This document shows positions 1 through 9,117 of a DNA stretch of 64,000 nucleotides, in pieces (the first letter of the stretch is position 1; each line of letters starts with the position of its first letter). The notes under the pieces were generated by a model that searched no databases, was not told where the DNA came from, and saw only the letters and a program-made list of their open reading frames with translations. The DNA comes from Spirochaetia bacterium (GTDB taxonomy: Bacteria > Spirochaetota > Spirochaetia > SZUA-6 > Bin103), in NCBI GenBank assembly GCA_965198005.1, contig CBDAOI010000003.1:768479-832478 (forward strand), read 5' to 3'. The translations under genes and the position numbers were made by a program.

Positions 1-1
1 C

Positions 2-1690
2 GCGGCTGACAAGCGGTATGTGACCGACCCCGCCACCGGCATGACGTGGACCGAGCCCCAGTATGGCGGGACACTCACGTGGGCCCATAAGCAGTTTCCT
101 AAGAGTGCTGACCCGTACTCGGCTGGTGGCTGGCCGCCTCACTTCATCAGTGGTGTTAATGAGAAGCTGGTCATCGCCGACTGGGCAATATCCAGGGAAA
201 AGACGGTTGACCTAAACTGGTTCTATACGGGCCCAGAGATGTACAGAGGGAATCTGGCTGAAAGCTGGTCAATGCCCGACGACACAACGTGGATCTGGAA
301 CATCCGGCAGGGCGTTTACTACCATGATAAGCCACCGATGAACGGTCGGGAGTTCGATGCTTATGACATCGAATGGAACTATCACCGCTATTTGGGTCTG
401 GGTGATTTCACCGAAGACGGACCTGGGGGCTATGTAGGTGGTCTAGAGTTCGAATCGGTTACCGCCACCGACAAATGGACGGTTGAGCTTAAGCTGAAGA
501 AGCCTAACTTCAATACGGTGCGGGGAATGCTCCACAACTCAGCTTGGATATTACCCCCCGAGGTAATCGAGAAATACGGCGACTATGTGGATTGGCGGAA
601 CGTGGTCGGCACCGGGCCCTATCGACTGACTGACCATGTGGAGGACACCTCTGCAACCTGGGAGAAGAATCCTGACTACTGGGGTGTTGACGAAAAATTC
701 GGGAACCGCATACCCTATATTGACGAGTTAAAGTCCCTCCTTATACCAGACATTTCAGCACGTCTGGCGGCAATGCGCACGGGTAAGATTGATATGCTGT
801 CTAACACCGGCGACGCTCATCTAGCCAATATCGACCATGTAGAGAGCCTCCAGAAGACCAACCCTGAAATCGATGTGTGGCCCGCTTATGTCTGGAATGC
901 AGGCACTTTCATGTTTAACCACTCTTTGCCGCTCACGCAGGACGTCAATGTGAAAAAGGCACTGCAGATGTCAGTGGACCGCGAGACACTTGCCGCTACC
1001 TTCTTTAAGGGTTGGGCAGATCCAGCACCTTCTGGGTTTATAAATCAAGCGGCTGAAGGGTTTGCCTGGCCATATGAAGACTGGCCCGATGAGGTCAAGG
1101 CAGGCTATAGGTATGACCCGGAAGGTGCCGAGAAGCTCCTCGATGAGGCTGGGTACCCGCGCGGCGCCGACGGCTACAGATTAACGCTCAAGATTGGCCA
1201 TCACGCGAGGAACGAACCGACCTATACAGAAATCCTCATGGGGTACTTCGACGCCATTGGCGTTAAAAGCGAGATGGTTGTGATTACTGACCCTGAGCTG
1301 CCACCTCTCGGAACGGCGGACACGCACGAGTTGCACTTACAGGGTTGGGTGGTATATGGGACTAAGCGCCCCATCCACTATATGTATGGTCTAACAGAAC
1401 TTCGTGGTTGGAAATATAGCAAAACGAAGGACCAGCGAATGCACGACCTGATTGCCGCCATGAAACGTGTTCCCACCTTGGAGGAGTGGCAGAGCTATAG
1501 TCGACAGGTCGATGAGATCACTGTAAGGGAGCACTGGGGCCTAGTCAAACCCCTATCCCCTCTGTTTAGCGTGAGCCAGCCGTGGGTCGAGGGTTATGCC
1601 GGTGAATTTGGTCTGGGATTCACTGAACGTCATACCCACTTTGCCCGCCTCTGGATTGATAGTGAGCTGAAGGAAGCAATGGGTCGTTAG
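2..1690 (+). CDS. ABC transporter substrate-binding protein, family 5 (peptide/opine/nickel type). It is 5'-partial: the frame is open to the window edge.
   Basis: Translation (…AADKRYVTDPATGMTWTEPQYGG…ESWSMPDDTTWIWNIRQGVYYHDK…) is collinear with three paralogues in this window (12688-14175, 30789-32558, 48707-50527). The upstream frame from position 2 continues the alignment, so the signal peptide lies off-window. Confidence 0.85.
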   Translation, partial: AADKRYVTDPATGMTWTEPQYGGTLTWAHKQFPKSADPYSAGGWPPHFISGVNEKLVIADWAISREKTVDLNWFYTGPEMYRGNLAESWSMPDDTTWIWNIRQGVYYHDKPPMNGREFDAYDIEWNYHRYLGLGDFTEDGPGGYVGGLEFESVTATDKWTVELKLKKPNFNTVRGMLHNSAWILPPEVIEKYGDYVDWRNVVGTGPYRLTDHVEDTSATWEKNPDYWGVDEKFGNRIPYIDELKSLLIPDISARLAAMRTGKIDMLSNTGDAHLANIDHVESLQKTNPEIDVWPAYVWNAGTFMFNHSLPLTQDVNVKKALQMSVDRETLAATFFKGWADPAPSGFINQAAEGFAWPYEDWPDEVKAGYRYDPEGAEKLLDEAGYPRGADGYRLTLKIGHHARNEPTYTEILMGYFDAIGVKSEMVVITDPELPPLGTADTHELHLQGWVVYGTKRPIHYMYGLTELRGWKYSKTKDQRMHDLIAAMKRVPTLEEWQSYSRQVDEITVREHWGLVKPLSPLFSVSQPWVEGYAGEFGLGFTERHTHFARLWIDSELKEAMGR

Positions 1691-1729
1691 GGGCTTCACC
1701 CCTTGTGGCTGACCTCAGGGCAAGAGGGA

Positions 1730-1753
1730 GCTGGGAAGCTTACGCTTCCCAGC
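1730..1753 (+). promoter_or_regulatory. Perfect 10-bp-stem hairpin (GCTGGGAAGC-TTAC-GCTTCCCAGC) 40 nt after the SBP stop. Candidate intra-operon attenuator or mRNA stabiliser.
   Basis: The hairpin is read directly. Equivalent hairpins follow the SBP stop at 32608-32637 and on the minus strand near 12660-12690. It has no T-run, so it is not a classic intrinsic terminator. Confidence 0.4.
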
Positions 1754-1766
1754 TCCCGCAGCCGTT

Positions 1767-2163
1767 GTCATTGCGAGGCGCGCTTTCTTACTGTCATCCC
1801 GGACTTGATCCGGGATCCAGGAGTTCTTGGCCTAGATTCCGGATCAAGCCCGGAATGACAAATCAACCTGATCACCACTCTTCGCAAACGTTACCGTCAT
1901 TCCGGCGAAAAGCCTGCCCCGCATTGGAATCGGGGCCGGAATCCAGTTGTAAGTCACGTGTGAATTGATAGCAGGGCGTAAGACCCCCCTCCTTAATCCT
2001 CCCCCAGTGGGGGAGGAGATAATTCCTCTCCCCCTCGCAGGGGGAGATTGAGAGGGGGGAGCAAGGCGCCCGCCCATGCGCTGGGGTTAAGGTTAGCCAG
2101 ACCCGAAGCAATCGGGAAGGCCGCGAGATTGCCACGCCCCGATAAATCGGGGCTCGCAATGAC
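1767..2163. repeat. MITE/REP-like palindromic repeat cluster (~397 bp) bounded by an 11-bp perfect inverted repeat, GTCATTGCGAG…CTCGCAATGAC.
   Basis: It contains several hairpins of the type (GTCAT)TCCCGG-loop-CCGGGA(ATGAC), including TCATCCCGGACTTGATCCGGGAT, ATTCCGGATCAAGCCCGGAATGAC and GTCATTCCGGCGAAAAGC…GCCGGAATCCAG. Two G/C hairpins are also present: CCTCCCCCAGTGGGGGAGG and TCTCCCCCTCGCAGGGGGAGA. A homologous cluster sits at 32648-33109. Confidence 0.6.
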
Positions 2164-2169
2164 AAGGAG

Positions 2170-3187
2170 GTGTGTCACATGAGAGCCTATCTCATCAGGC
2201 GGTTATTGCTGGTAATCCCCACCCTGTTCATATTGACCATCATAGTCTTTCTCGCGGTGCGCTTCATCCCCGGCGATTTAATAGACATTATGGTGGCTGA
2301 GATGGGAGGATGGTATGCCACGGGTGGCGATATAGACCGCGAAGCTCTTGAGCGTATGCTGGGTTTAGACGTGCCTGTGTACGTACAGTACGGACGCTGG
2401 ATAGGAGTGTTGCCTACCCCTGACTGGGTTACCAAGGAGTCCCACTTCAACGGTATCCTCCAGGGCACGCTTGGCGAACCACTGATTGGCGTTTTTTCTA
2501 CGATAGAGGAGCAGATAATAGGTAGATTGCCAGTAACCATTGAGCTTGGCGCCATGGCAATCGTAATCGGGCTAGTGATAGCCCTGCCCGTCGGCATCTA
2601 CTCGGCGATTCGCCAGGATACCGCCAGACTACGTGGGGCGCTCCATCGCCATCATCGGCCTGGCAACGCCTAACTTCTGGCTGGCAATTATGGTCATGCT
2701 CTACCCGGCAATCTGGTGGGGCTGGTCGCCGTCGATGGAGTATATCCCTCTTGTCGAAGACCCGCTGGGGAATCTCGGGATGTTCATCATTCCCAGCGTG
2801 ATTCTGGGGACGGCCTCGGCTGCAGCCACAATGCGGATGACGCGCACCATGATGCTGGAGGTGCTGAGGCAGGACTACATCAGGACGGCCTGGTCCAAGG
2901 GTCTCAAGGAGAGGGTAGTTATTATCAGACACGCCATCAAAAATGCACTCATCCCGGTAGTTACTCTGATAGGCCTGCAGTTGCCCCTCCTGGTAGGCGG
3001 CTCCGTTATCATAGAGGAAATATTTAACCTGCCGGGGATAGGTCGTATGTTTCTGGATGCACTCGAAGGGAGAGACTACCCGGTGGTCCAAGGAGTAAAC
3101 CTGTTTTTCGGCGGCGTAGTTCTGCTTACCATTCTACTTACCGACATGATCTACCCTTACCTGGACCCCAGGGTCCGCTACACGTAG
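2170..3187 (+). pseudogene. DppB-type ABC permease with a frameshift at about 2625-2640. It is carried as two ORFs, 2170-2673 and 2633-3187.
   Basis: The intact paralogue 33174-34175 reads through (…AIRQDTAADYAGRSAALIGLATPNFW…). Here the frame switches after AIRQDT and is 2 nt short relative to copy B. The likely start is MRAYLIRR at 2179. Confidence 0.75.
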
Positions 3188-3196
3188 AGGAGGCAT

Positions 3197-4099
3197 ATGA
3201 GCGACGCTGCAGGGATGCCATCGACAGAAATTGCGCCAAGGAGACGTTCCCGGCTGGCTGAATTCTTTATCAGGCTGGTCAAGGAGAAGCCACTGGGTGC
3301 TGCCAGCGGGATTATCATATTGATATGGATTCTGATCGCGATCTTTGCCGATGCTCTGACCCCTTATCCACCTTTTGAAATCCACCTGGCAGACCGGCTG
3401 CAGGGCTCATCCGCCCAGTATCTCCTGGGGACGGACCAGATAGGGCGAGACTTATTGAGCCGCCTGATCCTGGGGGGTCGTCTTTCCATACTGATCGGTC
3501 TGTCCATCACCGCTCTGAGTACTGTGATCAGTACCCTGATAGGCGGCACTTCCGGATTCCTTGGTGGTAAGTTTGACATTATAGTGCAGAGGGTTGTCGA
3601 TGCCTGGATAGTTTTCCCGGGACTGCTCCTGTTGCTAACCATAATGTCTATAGTGGGGCCGGGTATACCACAGATAATACTGGTCCTGGGGATATCAGGA
3701 GGTATTGGCGGCTCAAGAGTACTCAGAGGCACCGTTATCGGCATTAAAGAGAATGATTACTTTCTGGCGGCGCGGGCAATTGGGAGCCCCACCACCGCAA
3801 CACTGATGCGGCATGTCCTGCCCAATGTTATGCCTGTCGTCATCATCATATTCTCGATAACCGTAGGAGGCGTAATCCTGAGTATTGCTTCTCTGAGCTT
3901 CCTCGGATACGGTCTGCCCCCCACGAGTCCTGACTGGGGGTCTCTGCTCAGCCGGGAAGGACGTAAATACATGGAGCAGGCGCCATGGCTAGCTCTCTGG
4001 CCTGGTCTTTGCCTGACTATTACCGTTTACTGTCTAAACATGCTCGGCGACGCCCTCAGGGACCTCCTCGACCCCAGGCTCAGGGGCGGCGAGGGGTGA
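3197..4099 (+). CDS. DppC-type ABC transporter permease.
   Basis: It has a C-terminal-proximal transmembrane domain with the binding-protein-dependent signature (…GTDQIGRDLLSRLILGGRLSI…PNVMPVVIIIFSI…). Its start lies 10 nt after the stop of the upstream permease. It is collinear with 34194-35126 and 51579-52445. Confidence 0.85.
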   Translation: MSDAAGMPSTEIAPRRRSRLAEFFIRLVKEKPLGAASGIIILIWILIAIFADALTPYPPFEIHLADRLQGSSAQYLLGTDQIGRDLLSRLILGGRLSILIGLSITALSTVISTLIGGTSGFLGGKFDIIVQRVVDAWIVFPGLLLLLTIMSIVGPGIPQIILVLGISGGIGGSRVLRGTVIGIKENDYFLAARAIGSPTTATLMRHVLPNVMPVVIIIFSITVGGVILSIASLSFLGYGLPPTSPDWGSLLSREGRKYMEQAPWLALWPGLCLTITVYCLNMLGDALRDLLDPRLRGGEG

Positions 4100-4130
4100 A
4101 GGGGGGGGATGCCGTCAGCCGTCAGCCGTC

Positions 4131-4158
4131 AGCCCCGACGCGTCGGGGCGCCCCTACC
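4131..4158. repeat. REP-like palindrome AGCCCCGACGCGTCGGGGCGCCCCTACC, preceded by a (CGTCAGC)x3 tandem.
   Basis: The same 26-bp sequence recurs at 8105-8132 next to an IS200-like RAYT fragment. Confidence 0.6.
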
Positions 4159-4362
4159 GAAGGTGACGTGGGACGACAACGGCCGACCCTCTTTATCTGG
4201 CAAGTGCCTTCTGGCGTTCTTCCCACTCGCGCCGCAAAACCCATCCAACCGCACTGTTTCCAGACCAGCGGGCGGTGCCTTCATAACCTAGTATTGATGA
4301 TTAACTGACGAACAATCTGCCATGCACAACTTCAGCACTTCTTCGATTCTCAAGGAGACACT

Positions 4363-7074
4363 ATGAGTAGCACCCATGTCCTCCCCTTTGCAGTTCAAGA
4401 CAACGCACTTGCTGCCGATCTGGATACGGTAGGCGGCAAAGGCCAGTCGTTGGCAAGCATGACTGCTGCCGGATTTCCAGTCCCGGCAGGCTTTACGGTG
4501 ACGACAACCGCCTACCGGCAGTTCGTTTCTGACAACGACCTTCAGCAGGCCATCATCGATGGGGCAAAACCGGAGCTCGTGGGCACAGCGGTGTCTTTCG
4601 ATTCCGCCTCGCAACAAATCCAGGCGTTGTTTGCCGAAGCTGAGCTAACGGATGAACTGAAGGCGCAGATCGGTTCAGCTTATACCGCCTTCGGCGCAGG
4701 CGAGCCACCGGTTGCGGTGCGTTCATCGGCCAACGCGGAAGACCTGCCGGATCTGTCGTTCGCGGGGCAGCAGGACACCTATCTCAACATACGCGGTCGC
4801 GATGCAGTGTATGCGTCGGTGCGCGACTGTTGGGCGTCTCTGTGGACCGCACGGGCCATCAGTTATCGGCATGAACATGCCATCGCCCAGGAGGCGGTTG
4901 CCATGGCGGTGGTGGTGCAGAAAATGGTGCCGTCAGAAGTCTCGGGCATCCTGTTTACCGCCAACCCGGCGACGGGGGAGCGGTCCGAGATGATCGTCAA
5001 TGCCAGTTTCGGGTTGGGCGAGGCGATTGTCGGCGGCGAGATCACCCCCGATACCTACATCATCGACCGGGACACGTTGGCGGTCAGGGAGACCATTATC
5101 GGCAGCAAGGAGCACATGATGGTGTCCGCTGCAGGCCAGGGCACCGACACCCGGGAGTTGAGCGCGGCGGAACGGGAACAGTCGTCGCTGGCGGAGCCGG
5201 TGTTGCGGGAACTGGCCCAACTCGCCATCGCCGTGGAGCGGCACTTCGGCCAGCCCCAGGATATCGAGTGGGCAGTCGTCAACGGGACACTGTCGCTGCT
5301 GCAGTCGCGCCCGATTACCAACCTGCCTCCGGCACCGCTGAAGGATATTCGGTGGGAGAAGCCCGACATGCCGGATTGGTTCCCGGGATATCCACGAGGT
5401 GGACCTGGTGCACCATTGCTGCGAAAAAACCTGGTGGAGCATATCCCGGGGCCGGTCTCGCCACTGTTCGAAGATCTCTACCTGAAGGATGCGGTGGGCG
5501 GTCGAGCGACACATAGTGTTCATTACGCTGTCAATGGCTATGCGTACGTCACGTCGGGTACGCCCCCAGGTGTGGAACCCTATCCAACCACCCGTGTGTT
5601 TCCTGGGTCGGCGAACGAACAGACCCCTACTATCGCAAATATGCGGCTGTCCAAGAACCAGTCCACGAATACGGCGAGCCATATCTACGGCACTGGCAAA
5701 TGGGCCAAGGTCTACGCCGACTGGTTTAATTCGTGGGGCAAGGAAACGTTGCCCGCATACCTGGCGGTGATTGATGAGTGGCGGCAGGTGGACCCGCAGG
5801 CGGCGTCGGATGAGGCACTGCTGGATGGTATGTGTGCCCTGGCGAGAGCGGATGGCGAAACCTGGTACTCACCCACCATGAGACAAGACTCGATGATCAG
5901 CCATGTCGACACCAGGGCAGTCATGAATATGCTGCGGGGCGCCGAAATCACATTCCAGGATTTTCTGCAGAAAGCGGCCCCGGGGAAGGGGTTTAGCAGC
6001 GGCCAGTTCCTCAGCGGCCTGCGCTCGCTCTCCATGGAAGCCCAGGGCGAGATCTCCGATATTGCCGAACTCATCCGTGCCGATGAGGGACTCGTTGAGC
6101 TCGTGCTGACCACTCCCGCACAACGGCTGCTAGCCGCGTTGCGTGAGCGCTCAGAGGCAGCGCTGATCGTTCAGGCGATCGATCAGCATCTGCAGCGCTA
6201 CGGGCACCAGATCAGCACGCTCGACTTCGCCGAACCAACGCTTGCGGAAGACCCCTTGCCGGTGATGTTGAACCTGAAGGCAGTGGCCCGGGACACCAAC
6301 CACGACCCGGCCGCCACGCAGATCGACCTCGCCAGGCGACGTCAGGCGGCCCTGAGGGAGGCGAAGCAGGCCTTCAGCGATGAAGACTGGCGGGAATTGT
6401 GCGAGTTCCTCTGGGTCATGAAGCGCGTTTATCCTGACCGCGACCAGGCGCTGTTTTACCTGGGGGCCGGATGGCCGACGCTGCGGCGGCTCGCACTCGA
6501 ACTGGGCAGCCGTCTGGTCGAGGCCGGCACCCTAACCCAGGCGGACGACCTCTTCTACCTGTGGAGAGCACAGCTCGAAGAGGCCATGGCGGCGCGCCAG
6601 GCGGGCCAGGCGCTGCCGGAACTCAAGGAACGTGTCGCCGAGCAGCGCGAACTTCAGCAGGCGCGCATGCGGCTGGTGCCACCGAACACGGTACCACCGG
6701 AAGAAGGTGAGGGGCCTGGCTGGGGCAAGACCGCCAACGACGCGGACAGTGACAGCTTAAACGGCAACGCCTGCAGTCCCGGCCAGATCACCGCCCGCGC
6801 CAGCCTCGTCATGTCCCCGGCCGATTTCGCGAAGATGCAACCCGGCACCATCCTCGTGTGCCCGATGACCACTCCCGCCTGGACGCAGCTGTTCTCCCAG
6901 GCAAAGGGTCTGGTGACCGATATTGGCGGCATCCTGACGCATGGCTCGATTGTGGCCCGCGAGTACAACATCCCCGCAGTGCTCGGACTCGGGATTGCCA
7001 CCAAGAGGATCAAGCACGGGCAGATGATCCGTGTGGATGGCGACAACGGGGTGGTCGCTCTCCTCGACGAGTGA
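4363..7074 (+). CDS. PEP-utilising enzyme family protein: PPDK-N-type ATP-grasp plus a C-terminal phosphohistidine swivel domain. It has the PEP synthase / rifampin-phosphotransferase-like architecture.
   Basis: N-terminus: GGKGQSLASMTAAGFPVPAGFTVTT. C-terminus: GGILTHGSIVAREYNIPAVLGLG, with a conserved His. It is 903 aa long. The paralogue at 35223-37940 is ~90% identical. Confidence 0.8.
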   Translation: MSSTHVLPFAVQDNALAADLDTVGGKGQSLASMTAAGFPVPAGFTVTTTAYRQFVSDNDLQQAIIDGAKPELVGTAVSFDSASQQIQALFAEAELTDELKAQIGSAYTAFGAGEPPVAVRSSANAEDLPDLSFAGQQDTYLNIRGRDAVYASVRDCWASLWTARAISYRHEHAIAQEAVAMAVVVQKMVPSEVSGILFTANPATGERSEMIVNASFGLGEAIVGGEITPDTYIIDRDTLAVRETIIGSKEHMMVSAAGQGTDTRELSAAEREQSSLAEPVLRELAQLAIAVERHFGQPQDIEWAVVNGTLSLLQSRPITNLPPAPLKDIRWEKPDMPDWFPGYPRGGPGAPLLRKNLVEHIPGPVSPLFEDLYLKDAVGGRATHSVHYAVNGYAYVTSGTPPGVEPYPTTRVFPGSANEQTPTIANMRLSKNQSTNTASHIYGTGKWAKVYADWFNSWGKETLPAYLAVIDEWRQVDPQAASDEALLDGMCALARADGETWYSPTMRQDSMISHVDTRAVMNMLRGAEITFQDFLQKAAPGKGFSSGQFLSGLRSLSMEAQGEISDIAELIRADEGLVELVLTTPAQRLLAALRERSEAALIVQAIDQHLQRYGHQISTLDFAEPTLAEDPLPVMLNLKAVARDTNHDPAATQIDLARRRQAALREAKQAFSDEDWRELCEFLWVMKRVYPDRDQALFYLGAGWPTLRRLALELGSRLVEAGTLTQADDLFYLWRAQLEEAMAARQAGQALPELKERVAEQRELQQARMRLVPPNTVPPEEGEGPGWGKTANDADSDSLNGNACSPGQITARASLVMSPADFAKMQPGTILVCPMTTPAWTQLFSQAKGLVTDIGGILTHGSIVAREYNIPAVLGLGIATKRIKHGQMIRVDGDNGVVALLDE

Positions 7075-7087
7075 CGGTGTGCGAATT

Positions 7088-7894
7088 ATGAAGATTCTGG
7101 TCACGAACGACGATGGTATTGATTCGCCAGGCATCCGGGCTCTCGCCGACGCGATGAGCCGGGTCGGGGAGGTGCTCATTGTTGCCCCGGACCAAGAGCA
7201 GAGTGGCATTGGCACCGCAGTATCCCTTCATAACGGCATTGCTGTTGCGGAACGAGACACTGCCATCGAAGGGGCGCGTGCCTATGCCGTCAGTGGCACA
7301 CCAAGTGATTGTGTGTTCCTGGGCTTAGGGCCATTGGCTGAAGGCAAGATTGACCTCGTCGTCTCCGGCATCAACACGGGTCCCAACCTCGGTAATGAAG
7401 TCCTGCAATCGGGTACCACCATGGCGACCCGGGTGGCTCATACCCGCAGTCCCAGGATCCCGTCAATTGCCGTCTCGCTGAGCCTATATGGGTCGCAAGA
7501 CCAGCGAGAGCCGCATTTTCCCCTTGCCGCCACGGTTTCCGAATTGTTGGCACGCAAAATAACGGAGGGCGAAATGCCGCCGGGCCTCACACTCAATGTG
7601 AACGTCCCCAGTGTCCCCCGCGGAGAAATCCGGGGTATTGCCGTCACAAGACCCTCGCCTGTTGGTTATTGGATGTGGAGAACGGAACAGGACGGCGATG
7701 GACTCTACTACAACAAGCTTTCCGCAATCGCAGCGGACCATCCCGACATCGAAGAGGGGACGGATGTCTGGGCTCTCAATCGGGGGCTCATATCCATCAC
7801 CCCGTTACGCCTCGAGGTCACCGACGATAAACTCATACCAGCGCTGAGTGAGCATACTCGTCGCTTAGAATCCGGTCTCAAGCAGATGATGTAA
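7088..7894 (+). CDS. surE: SurE 5'/3'-nucleotidase.
   Basis: MKILVTNDDGIDSPGIRALA… is a canonical SurE N-terminus. The ATG at 7088 lies 14 nt after the kinase stop, and an in-frame upstream ORF start at 7031 is unlikely. Confidence 0.85.
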   Translation: MKILVTNDDGIDSPGIRALADAMSRVGEVLIVAPDQEQSGIGTAVSLHNGIAVAERDTAIEGARAYAVSGTPSDCVFLGLGPLAEGKIDLVVSGINTGPNLGNEVLQSGTTMATRVAHTRSPRIPSIAVSLSLYGSQDQREPHFPLAATVSELLARKITEGEMPPGLTLNVNVPSVPRGEIRGIAVTRPSPVGYWMWRTEQDGDGLYYNKLSAIAADHPDIEEGTDVWALNRGLISITPLRLEVTDDKLIPALSEHTRRLESGLKQMM

Positions 7895-7974
7895 GCTAAC
7901 TAGAATTTACCAGGTTTATCTGCCATCCCTTATAGCGCCGAGGATACAGATGACTGCTATACACGTACTGCCTC

Positions 7975-8160
7975 TTGCCACTGCAGATGCCTGCCTGGAA
8001 ATGGTTGGGCGTACCGAATCATTATCCCCATGCGGCGTTGGATGCCTTCGTGATCATGCCCAGTCATGTTCATGCGATCATCGTGATCGCGGATATCGTA
8101 GGGGCGACCCCGACGCGTCGGGGCGCCCCTACCCAAGGCGCCCCCCGGGTGGACCGCGCG
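7975..8160 (+). pseudogene. Fragment of an IS200/IS605-like REP-associated tyrosine transposase (RAYT).
   Basis: …FVIMPSHVHAIIVIADIV… carries the HxH motif typical of the IS200 fold. It is short, has no proper start and runs into the REP copy at 8105-8132. Confidence 0.5.
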
Positions 8161-8232
8161 GGCCATCAGTTACCGGCATGAACATGCGATAGCGCAGGAG
8201 GCCGCTGCCATGGCGGTGGTAGTGCAGGTCTT
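8160..8232 (+). other. ~70-bp orphan fragment of the PEP-utilising enzyme gene.
   Basis: GGCCATCAGTTACCGGCATGAACATGCGATAGCGCAGGAGGCCGCTGCCATGGCGGTGGTAGTGCAG matches 4858-4925 and 35711-35780 (…AISYRHEHAIAQEAVAMAVVVQ…). Confidence 0.7.
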
Positions 8233-8277
8233 GGTAGAGTTGTTCCCACGAGTTGAATCCAAGGAAGGAAGAAAACA

Positions 8278-9117
8278 GTGACAGAGAAAAAGGGAAGACT
8301 TGCAGGCAAAGTGGCGGTTGTCACCGGCGGCAACAGTGGAATGGGGGCTGGAACGGTGGAACTATTCGTGGCCGAAGGGGCCCGGGTGGTGATCGCGGCC
8401 CGCGGCGAGGAAGCAGGACAGGCACTGGCCGATCGCTTGGGCGAAAATGCGATTTTCAAACGCACCGATGTCTCCGTGGAAGCCGATGTGCAAGCCCTGG
8501 TCGATGCCACAATCGAGAAGTGGGGGCGAGTGGATGTGTTGTTCAACAATGCCGGCATCGGGCAAGGCTTTGTCCCTCCTGAAAGGTTTACTCTGGAGGA
8601 TTTCAACCGAGTGATGATGACGAATCTCGGCTCCTGTTTCCTTGGTCTCAAATATGTGACCCCGATCATGAAAAAGCAGGGCGGCGGCAGCATCATCAAC
8701 AACGGCAGCACAGCCGGAGTGACGACCGATGGCGCCGGTCCGCTCTATTCCGCGAGCAAAGCGGGAGTCATCCATATCACCAAGGTCTGGGCTGTCGAGC
8801 TTGCCGAGCACGGGATTCGTGTTAACTGCATCTCTCCAGGAGCAATCGTGACCCCCATCTTCTGGGGCGGCTACCATACTCAATCGGCAGAGGAAAACGA
8901 ACGCCGGACCCAACGGCTGACAGAAACCTTTGCAAAAGAGTTACCGCTCAATCGCGCGGGGACCCCCGAAGACATTGCCTATGCTGCGTTGTATTTGGCG
9001 AGTGACGAAAGCCTCCACACTACAGGGCTCAATATGATGGTTGACGCCGGGCTGACCTGTCGTAATCGACCCTGGAAGAAGAGCGAAAGAAGGGCCGAAT
9101 CAATTGCTGGGGAGTGA
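8278..9117 (+). CDS. SDR-family oxidoreductase.
   Basis: It has a GKVAVVTGGNSGMG Rossmann motif, an NNAG motif and a YSASKAG catalytic motif. Confidence 0.85.
   Translation: MTEKKGRLAGKVAVVTGGNSGMGAGTVELFVAEGARVVIAARGEEAGQALADRLGENAIFKRTDVSVEADVQALVDATIEKWGRVDVLFNNAGIGQGFVPPERFTLEDFNRVMMTNLGSCFLGLKYVTPIMKKQGGGSIINNGSTAGVTTDGAGPLYSASKAGVIHITKVWAVELAEHGIRVNCISPGAIVTPIFWGGYHTQSAEENERRTQRLTETFAKELPLNRAGTPEDIAYAALYLASDESLHTTGLNMMVDAGLTCRNRPWKKSERRAESIAGE

Noticed and set aside
1705-2178. Several 60-100-aa ORFs on both strands within the SBP-to-permease spacer
   Set aside because: They fall entirely inside the hairpin-repeat cluster and have no coding periodicity. They read through palindromes, so they are treated as non-coding repeat DNA.
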